The notes under the pieces: model-generated
What the model was told of the DNA's origin: nothing
The model's input: only the letters and a program-made list of their open reading frames with translations
Databases searched by the model: none
In this document: positions 36,865-46,151 of the stretch, one piece after another
Layout of the letters: the number at the start of each line of letters is the position of its first letter
How positions within the stretch are numbered: the first letter of the stretch is position 1
Program-made: the position numbers and the translations under genes
Source: an uncultured Candidatus Bathyarchaeia archaeon
GTDB taxonomy: Archaea; Thermoproteota; Bathyarchaeia; Bathyarchaeales; Bathyarchaeaceae
Direction: 5' to 3'
Assembly (NCBI GenBank): GCA_964347825.1
Contig: CAYFZQ010000003.1
Span: 1-50,284, forward strand
DNA length: 50,284 nt

Positions 36865-37109
36865 TGCAAGCAGTCTACTGGAGGAGATGGGTAGTGTTTG
36901 AGACAACAAGCAGCGTCGGAATAGCAAAGAAGAAGCTGATCACGTTGGTCCGACTGATTAGGGGATCGAAGAGAGAATACCCTAGCATTTCCTCACACGA
37001 CACTTCTTATGATCCAGTGGAGCTACGTACAGAATTTATGGAGGCCGAGGCGAAGAAGGCGCAAGCGCTATTGTACTGGAACATTACACGACGCCTCAGA
37101 GCGCAATAG
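36864..37109 (+). CDS. Hypothetical 81-aa protein, translationally coupled to the RHH gene
   Basis: The ATG overlaps the upstream TAA (TAATG). No recognisable motif. Confidence 0.35.
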   Translation: MQAVYWRRWVVFETTSSVGIAKKKLITLVRLIRGSKREYPSISSHDTSYDPVELRTEFMEAEAKKAQALLYWNITRRLRAQ

Positions 37110-37235
37110 TCTTCTTCAAAACACTCAGATACTGCGATTTCCGTCGCTTCGGCTGAGAGGCGCGCGCCCAGGAAAAGTCGCGTTGGCTAAGACTTGTAGT
37201 CCAACCGAATCGAAGAGGTGCTCGTCTTCTATGGT

Positions 37236-37556
37236 CTATTTGCCGAGTTCTCTCTCGACTCTTTCTCTAATCTTGGGAATTCTTTCGGTGATCATCTCTC
37301 TGATTTTGGCTTTGTCGTCGTAGCCAAGGTCATTGGTCCATCCGCTGGAGGCGAAATCTGCACCTATGCCCATTAACGCCCCCACCAAGTATCCGAGATA
37401 GAAGTCTCTGGGCGAGGATAACGAGATTTCCTCTTGGAGAAAGGCTAGAACTCCGACAAGGTTTCCTTCTTCGATTACTCCGTCCATTATTCTCCCGACG
37501 AAATCTTTGGTAGACTTATCCAAACAATCGTCACCTACCTGAGGTCTTGCTGCCAA
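37236..37556 (-). CDS. Hypothetical 106-aa protein
   Basis: Clean ORF with no competing frame and predicted helical character. No recognisable family. Confidence 0.4.
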   Translation of the reverse strand: MAARPQVGDDCLDKSTKDFVGRIMDGVIEEGNLVGVLAFLQEEISLSSPRDFYLGYLVGALMGIGADFASSGWTNDLGYDDKAKIREMITERIPKIRERVERELGK

Positions 37557-37716
37557 GCTGTAGCGGCTTTCTCTCTTCGTCTTTCAGATATATATGGTTC
37601 GTCATCTTTCCCTCACGTTCTTTATCTCAATGGTCCGTGTTTCTTGGTTGCACCCCAACACCGTCCCTAGACGCGTTGTTCTAAACTGTAGGATAATAAG
37701 AGCGCAGATTGCGTTT

Positions 37717-38055
37717 ATGACATGTAGAGTTGTGGGTTTGAGGAGATTCTTTGTTGCCTACTTTTCTATTTTGGTAGTCACGTTTTCGCTCGTCGTCCTC
37801 TTGCATGAGACTTCTAGTGCTGATCAAGGATATCTTGAAGTTGATTTGGAGGATTTAGTTGTCAACATTGAAGCCTTCCAGGACGTGAAAATTGGAGCGA
37901 AGGGAACTGTGCAGTTCTGGGCGAGTTTCTACATGTACGCGGACTTCTGGCTTGCCGTGGACACACAAGGTAGACACGGAATACCGGTTGTGGTGAGAAA
38001 TGCTGGACTATCTCAGCCATCCGAAGACGCGTCAATAGAAGTTGGGGAACCATAG
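37717..38055 (+). CDS. Small secreted or membrane-anchored hypothetical protein
   Basis: ATG 37717 gives MTCRVVGLRR-FFVAYFSILVVTFSLVVLL-HETSSA, a signal-peptide-like N-terminus. It is preceded by a TATA-like GATAATAAG about 25 nt upstream. The track ORF starts at 37594. Confidence 0.4.
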   Translation: MTCRVVGLRRFFVAYFSILVVTFSLVVLLHETSSADQGYLEVDLEDLVVNIEAFQDVKIGAKGTVQFWASFYMYADFWLAVDTQGRHGIPVVVRNAGLSQPSEDASIEVGEP

Positions 38056-38494
38056 AATATTGTGAGCTTGAGGGGGGTTTGCTTGTCTGGACGCAGCCTC
38101 GTGGGAGCTCGCAGAGAAGATTGTGTCAGGAACAGGCACCATTAGGTTCTTGGACTTTGAAGGCGGGTTCTACGGCATAGTCAGCGATGATCACCTCCAC
38201 CATGACCGAGATGAAGACCACAATAGAAGAACTCGAAAACAACGAAGAAAGGTCTTCATGTGATAGAAGTCTGTGAATTGTGCGAGAGACTTTTTCGCGG
38301 AGCGCCGCGTAGCGGCAGAGAACCCTAGGACAGGGGTTGCAGTGTTTCGGACACCCTGCTCGTTGCCGAAAGTGAGAGATAGTCGGCTCATTCTCGCTTG
38401 ACCATGCAGCGGGGTCTACTTGATCAAGCAAAGAGTAAATCGCCTTGGGAAGAGTTTCAGATTGGCTCTCGCAAGTTGGAGACAACAAGTCAGA

Positions 38495-38513
38495 AGAAAA
38501 GAAAAAAGGGGAG
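38495..38513 (-). terminator. C-tract plus oligo-T terminator-like element downstream of the giant surface protein gene
   Basis: The minus strand reads CTCCCCTTTTTTCTTTTC beginning about 16 nt after the stop codon. Confidence 0.45.
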
Positions 38514-38528
38514 TGTTGACCGTTATTG

Positions 38529-41500
38529 TTAGCTCTTCCTCGACTCCATGGATCGCTCATGCTTCTCTCTTGTGGCGCACAGCCCAGCAAAAATCACTAA
38601 TATGCTGCTGACGATGGTCGTGTAGATACCTAGGCCGCAACCTATGCCTGCTCCGGTAATGGTATTGATCTGCCCTTGGACAAAGACAAAAGTGTGGATC
38701 ACCGAAGTTGCGATGAGGACACCAGCGATTATCAGAATCGCTGCTTTGAGACGTCTTTGGCGCACCGTTTTGGGCTTGTGCAAGCCTACTAGGGCCACAA
38801 CGTATCCTGCTGCTGCTAGGTAGAGCGTCAGCACCGGACCTGCGCTCCCTGCGACGGTTTGCCAGTCAGAATGCACGAGTGAAGGCACTCTGGCGCCTAT
38901 ATACTGGATGTCTTCAGTTATCGAGATCAATCCATCCTGGAAAGGATGAAGGGAGATGTCGACTTGATAGGGTGCCTCGGTGACCAACGTTCCAGTGACT
39001 ATCACCCAGTTGAGTGCTAGGGAGACTGCTCCCAAAATCAACCCAGCGTAGCTGAGGATGAATGTGATGCGCCACCAGGTTTTGCCGTTCTTCACTCTCT
39101 TGACGGGGGGAATGTACGCGATGAGTCCAACAGCTATGATTGCTCCTGCCATCAGAATCGGGTGGAACTGCCCGACCGCACGGGGTTTGACTCTCAGGGT
39201 CGTCGATGTGTGCGCGTTCTCGTGGTCGGTATCACCTAGGCGACGAGCCGTGATCACCCACTCTCCGCCGTCGACGAAGAGGCTGTACGGATAGCTCTGA
39301 TCCAGCGAGAGGATATCGTCGAAGCTTCCTTTACGCCTTGAGTACACAGTGTGTTCGATTTCGGTTCCGTTTGGCGTCGTATAAGTCACTAGAATTGGAA
39401 CGCCAGCTTGACTGGGCACGATGGTTCCTTGGATTACTATCACGTCGCCACTAGCAATTGTCTCATTGGAGATGTCTATTGTCAGAACGGGAGCTATCTT
39501 CCAGTGGGCAGTCTCACTGATGGCACTGGTAATGGTCACTAGAGCTGGATTATCGGAGCCACCGTAGGATCCTTCGCCAGTCGCGGTCCATCCATACCAC
39601 ACGTATCCTTCACCTTCAATGATTTCAGGAGCTGTGGCCTCGATTGGGACGACCGAGCCAACGTCGTACCAGCCACTTTCCGGAATGACGACTCCAAGGT
39701 TCGTGGACATTGTTAGGTGGAATTGCTGGATGAAGACTGCTTTCGCGGTCTTCGGCGCATCCATCAATATTGTTGTCGAGGCTGCGGTTTTGCCAACGAT
39801 GTCGGGTCCAATCCAGCTTTGGAATCGATAGCGAGATGAAATGCTGTCTCCGCCCGTGGGAGAGTGCACCGAAATCGGCGCGTCCGTTCCCTCGTCGTAC
39901 CAGCCGTCGCCGCTAGGATTGTCGAGATCCGTGGGATCCGTTAGGACTGTTAGATAGTATTGTGTCTTCCAGGTCCATTCTATGGATGAGGGGGCAGTTA
40001 TGTCGAAGACAACCTGAGTGCTGGGGCCTTCACTGGGAACGGAGCCAGTTCCGAACCAGCCTGTGTTTCGGTAGCGGCTGCCGTCGCTTTCTCCAGCTGG
40101 GCTTTGAACTGAAGCCGTGATGACGTCGCCTTCGTCATACCAGTGGTCGCCTACCGCTGGATCGGGTGACCCCTGATCGGAGATGACGGTGAGTTTGTGT
40201 TGTCTGACAAAATGTGCCACGGCAACTTTGGGTGAATCCATCAGAATCTGCGTGGCTGGGCTGCCCTCGTCATCGATGCCTATTCCCGTCCAGTGATCAA
40301 AGCGATAGCGCGTTGTCACACTGTCTCCACCAGTGGGAGTTTCTACTGCCACGTTTGCATAGGCTCCTTCACTGTACCAACCACTATGCTGAGGACCATC
40401 GAGCCCAAGGGGATCAGTGACCACCTCGAGGTAATACTCGGCGTCGTAATGACCTGTAACTACGGTAGGAGCAGTGACCACGATTGATGTGTCGGTCGTG
40501 TTCCCAGAGACGGACGTTAAGACGTAGCGGGTGGTTCCTGCTATATCTGTGAGTGGAGAGGGATAGCTGAACGCTACGCTGGAGCCCTCTGAGATCCAAA
40601 TTGACTGAGGAAGCGCTTCAGAGAGTTGGGTTCCGTCGATGGTTACATACACGGGCTCGGAATCACCGATTTGTTCGAAGGCTAGAGTGTACTCTGTTCG
40701 ATAATTCAGCGTGACTGTTTTGTCTGAATCCATGAGCACTGTGGCGGATGGTGCGCAGTGTGAGAAGACGTATCGAACATCGCCCTTGGTGATTGGACTC
40801 TCTGGATAGCTGATGGTAACCGATGTGTCTTGGTCACAGAGCACCTGTTTTTTAGTGGTGAACGTGCCTGCTCGGCTGGTGCCATGCTCGATCCACGTAA
40901 GGCTGATACTTCCTCCGATGGCTTCAATCGGCGTGGCGGTCACGGTCAGTGTGTAGGAGCCAATGAGCTGTAGCTCTCTGTTCACGTAGGTAGCGCTAAC
41001 GAGATTGCCGAACTCATCCTCCGCATCAATCACGTTGGCACTCTGTCTCACAACGGCGTCACCAGCCGTTGCTACAAACGTAACCGTTACCACTACGCTC
41101 TGACCCGGCTCGAGGGCAGTCAGGTTTTCCCACTGAATAGTTCCTGCGGTCTCATCATGTGCATCTTCAACGGGATCGGCGGTCGAAAAGTTGAGGCTGG
41201 TGGTTTCATACGCGTCGTCCAGAGGGATTTGTGTTAGCTTGGTGTTTCCCAGGTTCTCTACGCGTATCTGATACGCCACGAAGTCTCCTTCGTATCCGGG
41301 ATTTTCGGAGACCAGCGTCTTCTGTACCCGTAACAGTGGTGCCGATTTGACCGTGGTGGTGTCGTTCACGGAATCATAGTTTCCGCTCGTCACGCCCGTC
41401 GCGGTTATTTCAGCGATATCTTGGGTGGCGGCGGGAGTGCTATAGGGGACAGTAATGTTGATCAAAATGTAGATCAGGCCGTTTTTGGGCAGCTGACCAA

Positions 41501-42680
41501 CATCTACATAGCCGCTGCCGTCGGTGTCCTCGAGGACTGTTCCATTGTCAAAGCAGAATGTATAATCCCATCCCATGAGCGACGTACAGTTCAGATCGAT
41601 GACTTCGGTTTGCCCGCTGTTGATCATGATATGTCGATAGACCATTGCATCGCCAGGATTCGCGTAGCGCGAGTAATCTGGCGCCAATGTTATCCCCGCA
41701 ACGCTCTTGACGATCGTTAGCTCATCCGCGAGGCCTGAGACAGTCGGGTCGAACATGGAGGTCGCGACGAGATAGACATCAAGATAGGCATCACCAGAGC
41801 CGCTGGTACCTGCTGCCTCGGTGACTCGGAGTATGCTCCAGGCCAGTTCGCCGCTTGCAAGCGTGACGTCGGTAACGACTCCATGGTCTGTCCACGAGGT
41901 GCGGTTTTCCTGGTTGGTGTCGTACACGGTGGCCACTGGGATCATTTGAGGATATCCTGTGGAGTTGAAGAAATCTATTTTCCACGCATGGTTGGCGCTT
42001 GAAGGGTTGTAGGCAACGGATCTGAGGGCGATATTGAACGTGTCCAAGCCATTTCCAGTGTTCTCGATGGTAACATTGTATTCAGTCCACTCGTCTGTGT
42101 GAGGCGCAACGCTATGGATTTGATCATGATAAACATCCACGCCTGCTGCTTGTGTCACAGTAATTGTCACATCTGAGATTAGTTCAACTCGGGCGCCAGT
42201 ATCAAGCTCGTACGTCAGATGGGCGGTGTGAACTAGCTCGCTGCTTACAGGGACATTCTCGACCATAGCTCTGATGGTGATGGTTCCAGCTTGACCTGAT
42301 AGAACATCCCCGCGGCTCCACCGGAAAAATCTAGTTTCAGGATCACTCACACCATCGTAGAATGGATTGGAGCTGAGGAGAATCAGACCTGAAGGCATCC
42401 ACTCGAAGATCGTGACATTGTACGCAGCCACGTCCATGAAATTGGCATAGGCGATCGTGAAGGCCACCACATCTCCTGGCTTGGAGAAGTTCGAGTCAAC
42501 AGTGGTTTCAAACGTCATCGCGGGGTCGAGGGAAGAGGCTGGTTCCGTGCTGACAACCGGTATAAAACCTATCGAAAAGGCAAGAATGCACAGAAATGGT
42601 AAAATCGCGTACCAACGATGTAGACGGTTTTTGTTTGACTTTTTCAGCTTCGCTAAACTCTTGAATGATTTAGAAATCAT
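38529..42680 (-). CDS. Giant (1383 aa) cell-surface protein: signal anchor, DUF11-like domains, six tandem roughly 80-aa beta-repeats, polytopic C-terminal membrane domain
   Basis: N-terminal KKSNKNRLHRWYAILPFLCILAFSIGFIPVV. DUF11-like segments are SKPGDVVAFTIAYAN...YNVTIFEWMPSGL and GDFVAYQIRVENLGNT. Repeats follow the pattern Y.L.V..DP......GWY.EG......SP.GGDS...RY.F..W.G. About five hydrophobic helices lie in aa 1171-1370. Confidence 0.8.
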   Translation of the reverse strand: MISKSFKSLAKLKKSNKNRLHRWYAILPFLCILAFSIGFIPVVSTEPASSLDPAMTFETTVDSNFSKPGDVVAFTIAYANFMDVAAYNVTIFEWMPSGLILLSSNPFYDGVSDPETRFFRWSRGDVLSGQAGTITIRAMVENVPVSSELVHTAHLTYELDTGARVELISDVTITVTQAAGVDVYHDQIHSVAPHTDEWTEYNVTIENTGNGLDTFNIALRSVAYNPSSANHAWKIDFFNSTGYPQMIPVATVYDTNQENRTSWTDHGVVTDVTLASGELAWSILRVTEAAGTSGSGDAYLDVYLVATSMFDPTVSGLADELTIVKSVAGITLAPDYSRYANPGDAMVYRHIMINSGQTEVIDLNCTSLMGWDYTFCFDNGTVLEDTDGSGYVDVGQLPKNGLIYILINITVPYSTPAATQDIAEITATGVTSGNYDSVNDTTTVKSAPLLRVQKTLVSENPGYEGDFVAYQIRVENLGNTKLTQIPLDDAYETTSLNFSTADPVEDAHDETAGTIQWENLTALEPGQSVVVTVTFVATAGDAVVRQSANVIDAEDEFGNLVSATYVNRELQLIGSYTLTVTATPIEAIGGSISLTWIEHGTSRAGTFTTKKQVLCDQDTSVTISYPESPITKGDVRYVFSHCAPSATVLMDSDKTVTLNYRTEYTLAFEQIGDSEPVYVTIDGTQLSEALPQSIWISEGSSVAFSYPSPLTDIAGTTRYVLTSVSGNTTDTSIVVTAPTVVTGHYDAEYYLEVVTDPLGLDGPQHSGWYSEGAYANVAVETPTGGDSVTTRYRFDHWTGIGIDDEGSPATQILMDSPKVAVAHFVRQHKLTVISDQGSPDPAVGDHWYDEGDVITASVQSPAGESDGSRYRNTGWFGTGSVPSEGPSTQVVFDITAPSSIEWTWKTQYYLTVLTDPTDLDNPSGDGWYDEGTDAPISVHSPTGGDSISSRYRFQSWIGPDIVGKTAASTTILMDAPKTAKAVFIQQFHLTMSTNLGVVIPESGWYDVGSVVPIEATAPEIIEGEGYVWYGWTATGEGSYGGSDNPALVTITSAISETAHWKIAPVLTIDISNETIASGDVIVIQGTIVPSQAGVPILVTYTTPNGTEIEHTVYSRRKGSFDDILSLDQSYPYSLFVDGGEWVITARRLGDTDHENAHTSTTLRVKPRAVGQFHPILMAGAIIAVGLIAYIPPVKRVKNGKTWWRITFILSYAGLILGAVSLALNWVIVTGTLVTEAPYQVDISLHPFQDGLISITEDIQYIGARVPSLVHSDWQTVAGSAGPVLTLYLAAAGYVVALVGLHKPKTVRQRRLKAAILIIAGVLIATSVIHTFVFVQGQINTITGAGIGCGLGIYTTIVSSILVIFAGLCATREKHERSMESRKS
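39495..40955 (-). repeat. Six tandem protein-coding repeats (about 76-87 aa each) inside the giant surface protein, resembling divergent InlB B-repeat-type modules
   Basis: aa 576-1062. Units begin YTLTVTATP, YTLAFEQIG, YYLEVVTDP, HKLTVISDQ, YYLTVLTDP and FHLTMSTNL. Units 3 and 5 are the most similar (GWYSEGAYANVAVETPTGGDSVTTRYRFDHWTG versus GWYDEGTDAPISVHSPTGGDSISSRYRFQSWIG). Confidence 0.7.
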
Positions 42681-42962
42681 GCTGATTCCCTTTAGTCTAG
42701 TATTCGTCGAGATAGTCTCTCTTTGGAAGCTATATTGAGTCTTACTTCAGAAGTCTGCATATTTCATAAATCGACATACACAAGCACTGTGTTAGGCGTC
42801 CTCGAAGACTAAGCGGATTGGATTCGATTGAGATGAGCTTGACTGTTTCCTTGTTGGTCAGCTAGGTTGGCATGCGAGTAATTCGGGGTGTGCATCAGAT
42901 GTGGGTTGAGAGCCAGCACTTAATTACTGCCAATTTGTGAGTTATGGGAAGAGGAAGATTCG

Positions 42963-44192
42963 TTGACGGAAGAGGGTGCTCAGGCAGAGACCACCAAACC
43001 AGGGCGACTCGAATTCCACTTTCCGCTGCTAGCCATTCGCACCACAATGTTTTCTGGAGTCTTCAATCGGCTCGGTGCCCTTCGTACCTCAGGCTACCTG
43101 GCGTGGGCAGCGCTTATCGTCGTGCCACTGGTTGCAGGTCCAGGGCTCTATCTGATTTTCAATAGCCTCGTCACTTTGCTGTGGACACCAGCCGCGCGAG
43201 AAATTGGACGTGAGCTGGGACCTGGAGTGTACTTGCCGCTCCCAGGACTCAATCCCTACCTCCCGCTCCTCTACGGTTGGCTAGCCTTAGTCATCGCCAT
43301 AGTGATCCATGAGGGCCTGCATGGAGTAATCGCGCGACACCTACGATTCAACGTCAAATCGAGCGGACTGCTCTTCTTCTTAGCCATCCCCATAGGCGCC
43401 TTTGTGGATGTAGACGAGGAGCAGATAGCAAAAGCCAAACCCCGAGATTCTGCGAGGATTATGGCGGCTGGAGTCAGCGGCAACATCGCCGTCGCGGGAG
43501 TCTGTCTGCTCTGCGTTCTCGCAATCACCAGCGGGTTGACGCCGATTATCGACGGATTATACGTCTTTGAGGTTGTAGAGGGAATGCCTGCTGAGCAGGC
43601 TGGCTTGTTGGCGGGCGACGTGTTAGTGCGAGTTGAACAAATCGACGCTGTCACCTACGACGAATTGGCAGCGTTACTAGACGCGAAACGCCCCGGGGAC
43701 ACCTTGGAGGTGAGTGTGGTGAGGGGAGACATGTGGACAGATCACTTTTCGACATCTGTGGAACTGACTGAATATGAGGGGCGCACCTTCATGGGCGTGA
43801 CACTGGGTGACATACGAACGGAAAATCGACTCACGTCTTATCAATCGCTCAATCCAGCTACGCTTTCCAAATATCTGATTCCCCCCGCGGTAGCTCCCGG
43901 TCTGGTGCCGTTCTCTGAGGCATTAGCTCCATTCTACGTGCATGCACTCGGGGCCCACTGGGTGACCCTAGCGAACATCTTCTTCTGGTTGTGGTTTATA
44001 AACGTCAACGTGGCCATATTCAATGCTCTACCCATCTACCCTCTAGATGGAGGACGCCTCTTCGAAATCGCACTGCAGAGACTGTTGGGTCGGAAGACAG
44101 ACGATAGGATGATTTGGGGGCTTACGTATGCAGTCACTATCACCTTGATCGGCGTGTTGTTGTTAACTATGGCCCTTCCCTTCATTCTCTAG
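42963..44192 (+). CDS. Site-2 protease family (M50) membrane metalloprotease with an embedded PDZ domain
   Basis: HEGLH (HExxH) sits in a TM helix. PDZ segment is GMPAEQAGLLAGDVLVRV. FNALPIYPLDGGRLF is the NxxPxxxLDG motif. The start is uncertain (TTG 42963 or ATG 43047). Confidence 0.85.
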   Translation: MTEEGAQAETTKPGRLEFHFPLLAIRTTMFSGVFNRLGALRTSGYLAWAALIVVPLVAGPGLYLIFNSLVTLLWTPAAREIGRELGPGVYLPLPGLNPYLPLLYGWLALVIAIVIHEGLHGVIARHLRFNVKSSGLLFFLAIPIGAFVDVDEEQIAKAKPRDSARIMAAGVSGNIAVAGVCLLCVLAITSGLTPIIDGLYVFEVVEGMPAEQAGLLAGDVLVRVEQIDAVTYDELAALLDAKRPGDTLEVSVVRGDMWTDHFSTSVELTEYEGRTFMGVTLGDIRTENRLTSYQSLNPATLSKYLIPPAVAPGLVPFSEALAPFYVHALGAHWVTLANIFFWLWFINVNVAIFNALPIYPLDGGRLFEIALQRLLGRKTDDRMIWGLTYAVTITLIGVLLLTMALPFIL

Positions 44193-44437
44193 CCTCCGCG
44201 ACTGCACACGAAAATAGAAGCAACTATCGTATGATAATGCTCTACTGACTAGATATCGATTTACATATGCTTTCAAGCGGCTTGCGCGTGCACAGTGACC
44301 ACATTTGTTTTGTGCTACGCATCGTCTGGGCATATCGCTTGTAGGCCATTAGACACGAAGGCATCTGAACTAGAGGCTTCGACCTGGTCATGGCGTATTT
44401 CCACATCTCTATGTTGACAAGAAAGAATCGCACAAAC

Positions 44438-44455
44438 AGAAAGAAAAAGGGGGAG
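44438..44455 (-). terminator. C-tract plus oligo-T terminator-like element downstream of the second surface protein gene
   Basis: The minus strand reads CTCCCCCTTTTTCTTTCT beginning about 7 nt after the stop. It is near-identical to the element at 38495..38513. Confidence 0.45.
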
Positions 44456-44461
44456 TACCTT

Positions 44462-45880
44462 CTAGGTTGGTTTCTTCTTCACTAATATTACAACTACTAT
44501 CGCGGCTACTGCTGCTATGGCAGCGAGGATCATGGATCCTATGCTGAACCAGTAGGTTGGCGTTGTGGTTTCGTCTATGCCACCGACTACGTCTTCGATG
44601 CCCCCGATTAGATCCTCGATGTTATCTACGCTCGTTTGCATAGTGCCTATGTCTGTTTCTATAGTTGCGGTGTCGCCTTCTAAGCTAGTTACTTTCGCGT
44701 CTATCTCAGTGAGATCCACTTTGATGGTGTCTAGGTTTGGGATCACTACGGTGGCTACGTTGTCTACGATGTCAACTATGTGGCTATTTTGGCTTGTCAA
44801 CGTTGGGCTTATTAGGAAGGATGCGGTTGCGTGTCCGGTTGCGGTTATCATTCCTGTTCGATAGCGGGCTTCTAGCGATAGCGTATATGTTCCTACGACG
44901 GCATCGAAGGGAATTGCATAGGTAATTTTGTACAAGCCCACTGCGAGCATCTCAACGTGAGGCATTAGGTCTGCTTGCTGATTCCCGTTTTCGAAATACA
45001 TAGTGGCTTCCCATATGGAAGCGTTTATTGCATTGCCGTGAAGCGACGTTTCCACGTAGAATTCAGCGATTTCACTTCGGAAGTGAATGGTGCCTACGCG
45101 GATTCCGACGTCCAATTTTTCGTAGGGAGCCAAGTACAAGAGGCTGTTTTCCAGAGCAAAACTGTCGCCATTCTTGTACGCATATTCTAGCGTTTGCGAG
45201 GAGGCGATGATTACTCCTGACCCGTGAGGGGCTTCGATGTACACTGGGGTGAATGGTGATGCGCCTTGTTCAAAGATTTCGATATGTCCAGATGGATAAG
45301 GAGATGCGAAATACCCGTGCGCAGATGATCCCCAATTGTCAAGATCGGTATTAGTGATCTCGTTGGGCGTTCGCACAACGGGGTGAGATTCCGCACTAGA
45401 TACGATGTTAACGTCGTTAGTGGACCCTGATGTATAGTTGATTCCGCCTGGAAGCATGTCTATCCATGAGCCTCCGTTCCATCCATTGTCGGCAGCATGG
45501 ATTTCGAGCACGCCACCCTTTTCTACATAGCCTTCGAACCACGTGCGTGAAGCGTTCACCGTGTCATAGAAGACCTGCGGTTGATCTGACACAATCACCA
45601 CTTTAGCATACGCGGAAAGGTCGACGCCGGCAATGTCACTGGAGTTATACAGGTCGTACGGTATGCCGTATCGTTTTAGAATCAGCTCGTTAGCCGGGTA
45701 ATCCCATGGGTCTGCGTTCTTGAATAGGGCCACGCCGAATCCATATCGATCAACTGGAGCATCTATTGCTGCATTCACTACGCCTGACAAAGCTGTCATA
45801 ACCATCATCGCAGCTAGGAGGCCCAAGCTCGTTGACGCCACAATGCTCTTGAGTGAAGGTGCTCTCGACATTTTTCTCAT
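44462..45880 (-). CDS. Secreted surface protein with a C-terminal transmembrane anchor
   Basis: ATG 45880 gives the signal peptide MRKMSRAPSLKSIVASTSLGLLAAMMVMTALSGVVNA. After a globular N-terminal domain and an Ig-like middle comes a coiled segment (VDLTEIDAKVTSLEGDTATIETDIGTMQTSVDNIEDL). The protein ends ILAAIAAVAAIVVVILVKKKPT. A TATA-like TATTTAA lies about 45 nt upstream. Confidence 0.65.
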   Translation of the reverse strand: MRKMSRAPSLKSIVASTSLGLLAAMMVMTALSGVVNAAIDAPVDRYGFGVALFKNADPWDYPANELILKRYGIPYDLYNSSDIAGVDLSAYAKVVIVSDQPQVFYDTVNASRTWFEGYVEKGGVLEIHAADNGWNGGSWIDMLPGGINYTSGSTNDVNIVSSAESHPVVRTPNEITNTDLDNWGSSAHGYFASPYPSGHIEIFEQGASPFTPVYIEAPHGSGVIIASSQTLEYAYKNGDSFALENSLLYLAPYEKLDVGIRVGTIHFRSEIAEFYVETSLHGNAINASIWEATMYFENGNQQADLMPHVEMLAVGLYKITYAIPFDAVVGTYTLSLEARYRTGMITATGHATASFLISPTLTSQNSHIVDIVDNVATVVIPNLDTIKVDLTEIDAKVTSLEGDTATIETDIGTMQTSVDNIEDLIGGIEDVVGGIDETTTPTYWFSIGSMILAAIAAVAAIVVVILVKKKPT

Positions 45881-46151
45881 CTCGTTGAATCTATGAAAAG
45901 CAACGTAACCGTGCATCACCCTTAAATAGCTTATTACATCTAGCGGCAAATCGGTGCGTCTGAAGAGTGGACACCTAGCTGGTTGCACCGTTTTTCCCGA
46001 TGTGCCCTACCATTCCAAGCCGTGTAGGGGCTTTTGCCCAATGTTGTTCTACCGCTGAATTGACTATATATCGTATTAAGCACAAATCCTGACGCTAGTC
46101 CACGCGTAGACCGCCTTACCTTGCTATGAGCCTGGAAATACGCCCACCCAG

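Noticed and set aside
38126-38590. 154-aa minus-strand ORF overlapping the 3' end of the giant surface protein gene
   Set aside because: Both of its ATG codons lie inside the giant gene, and the frame reads straight through the oligo-T terminator (SPFFFSS). A shorter product from a TTG near 38485 with a CPKHCNPCP cluster is conceivable, but I cannot support it. A competing frame (38191..38391) is equally unconvincing.
42944-43165. 73-aa ORF starting at ATG 42944
   Set aside because: It is Arg/Gly-rich and out of frame with, and fully covered by, the well-supported M50/PDZ protease gene.
44242-44433. 63-aa minus-strand ORF between the S2P gene and the second surface protein
   Set aside because: It lies downstream of the oligo-T element of the surface-protein gene, has an odd composition (Met/Cys/Lys-rich) and no start context.
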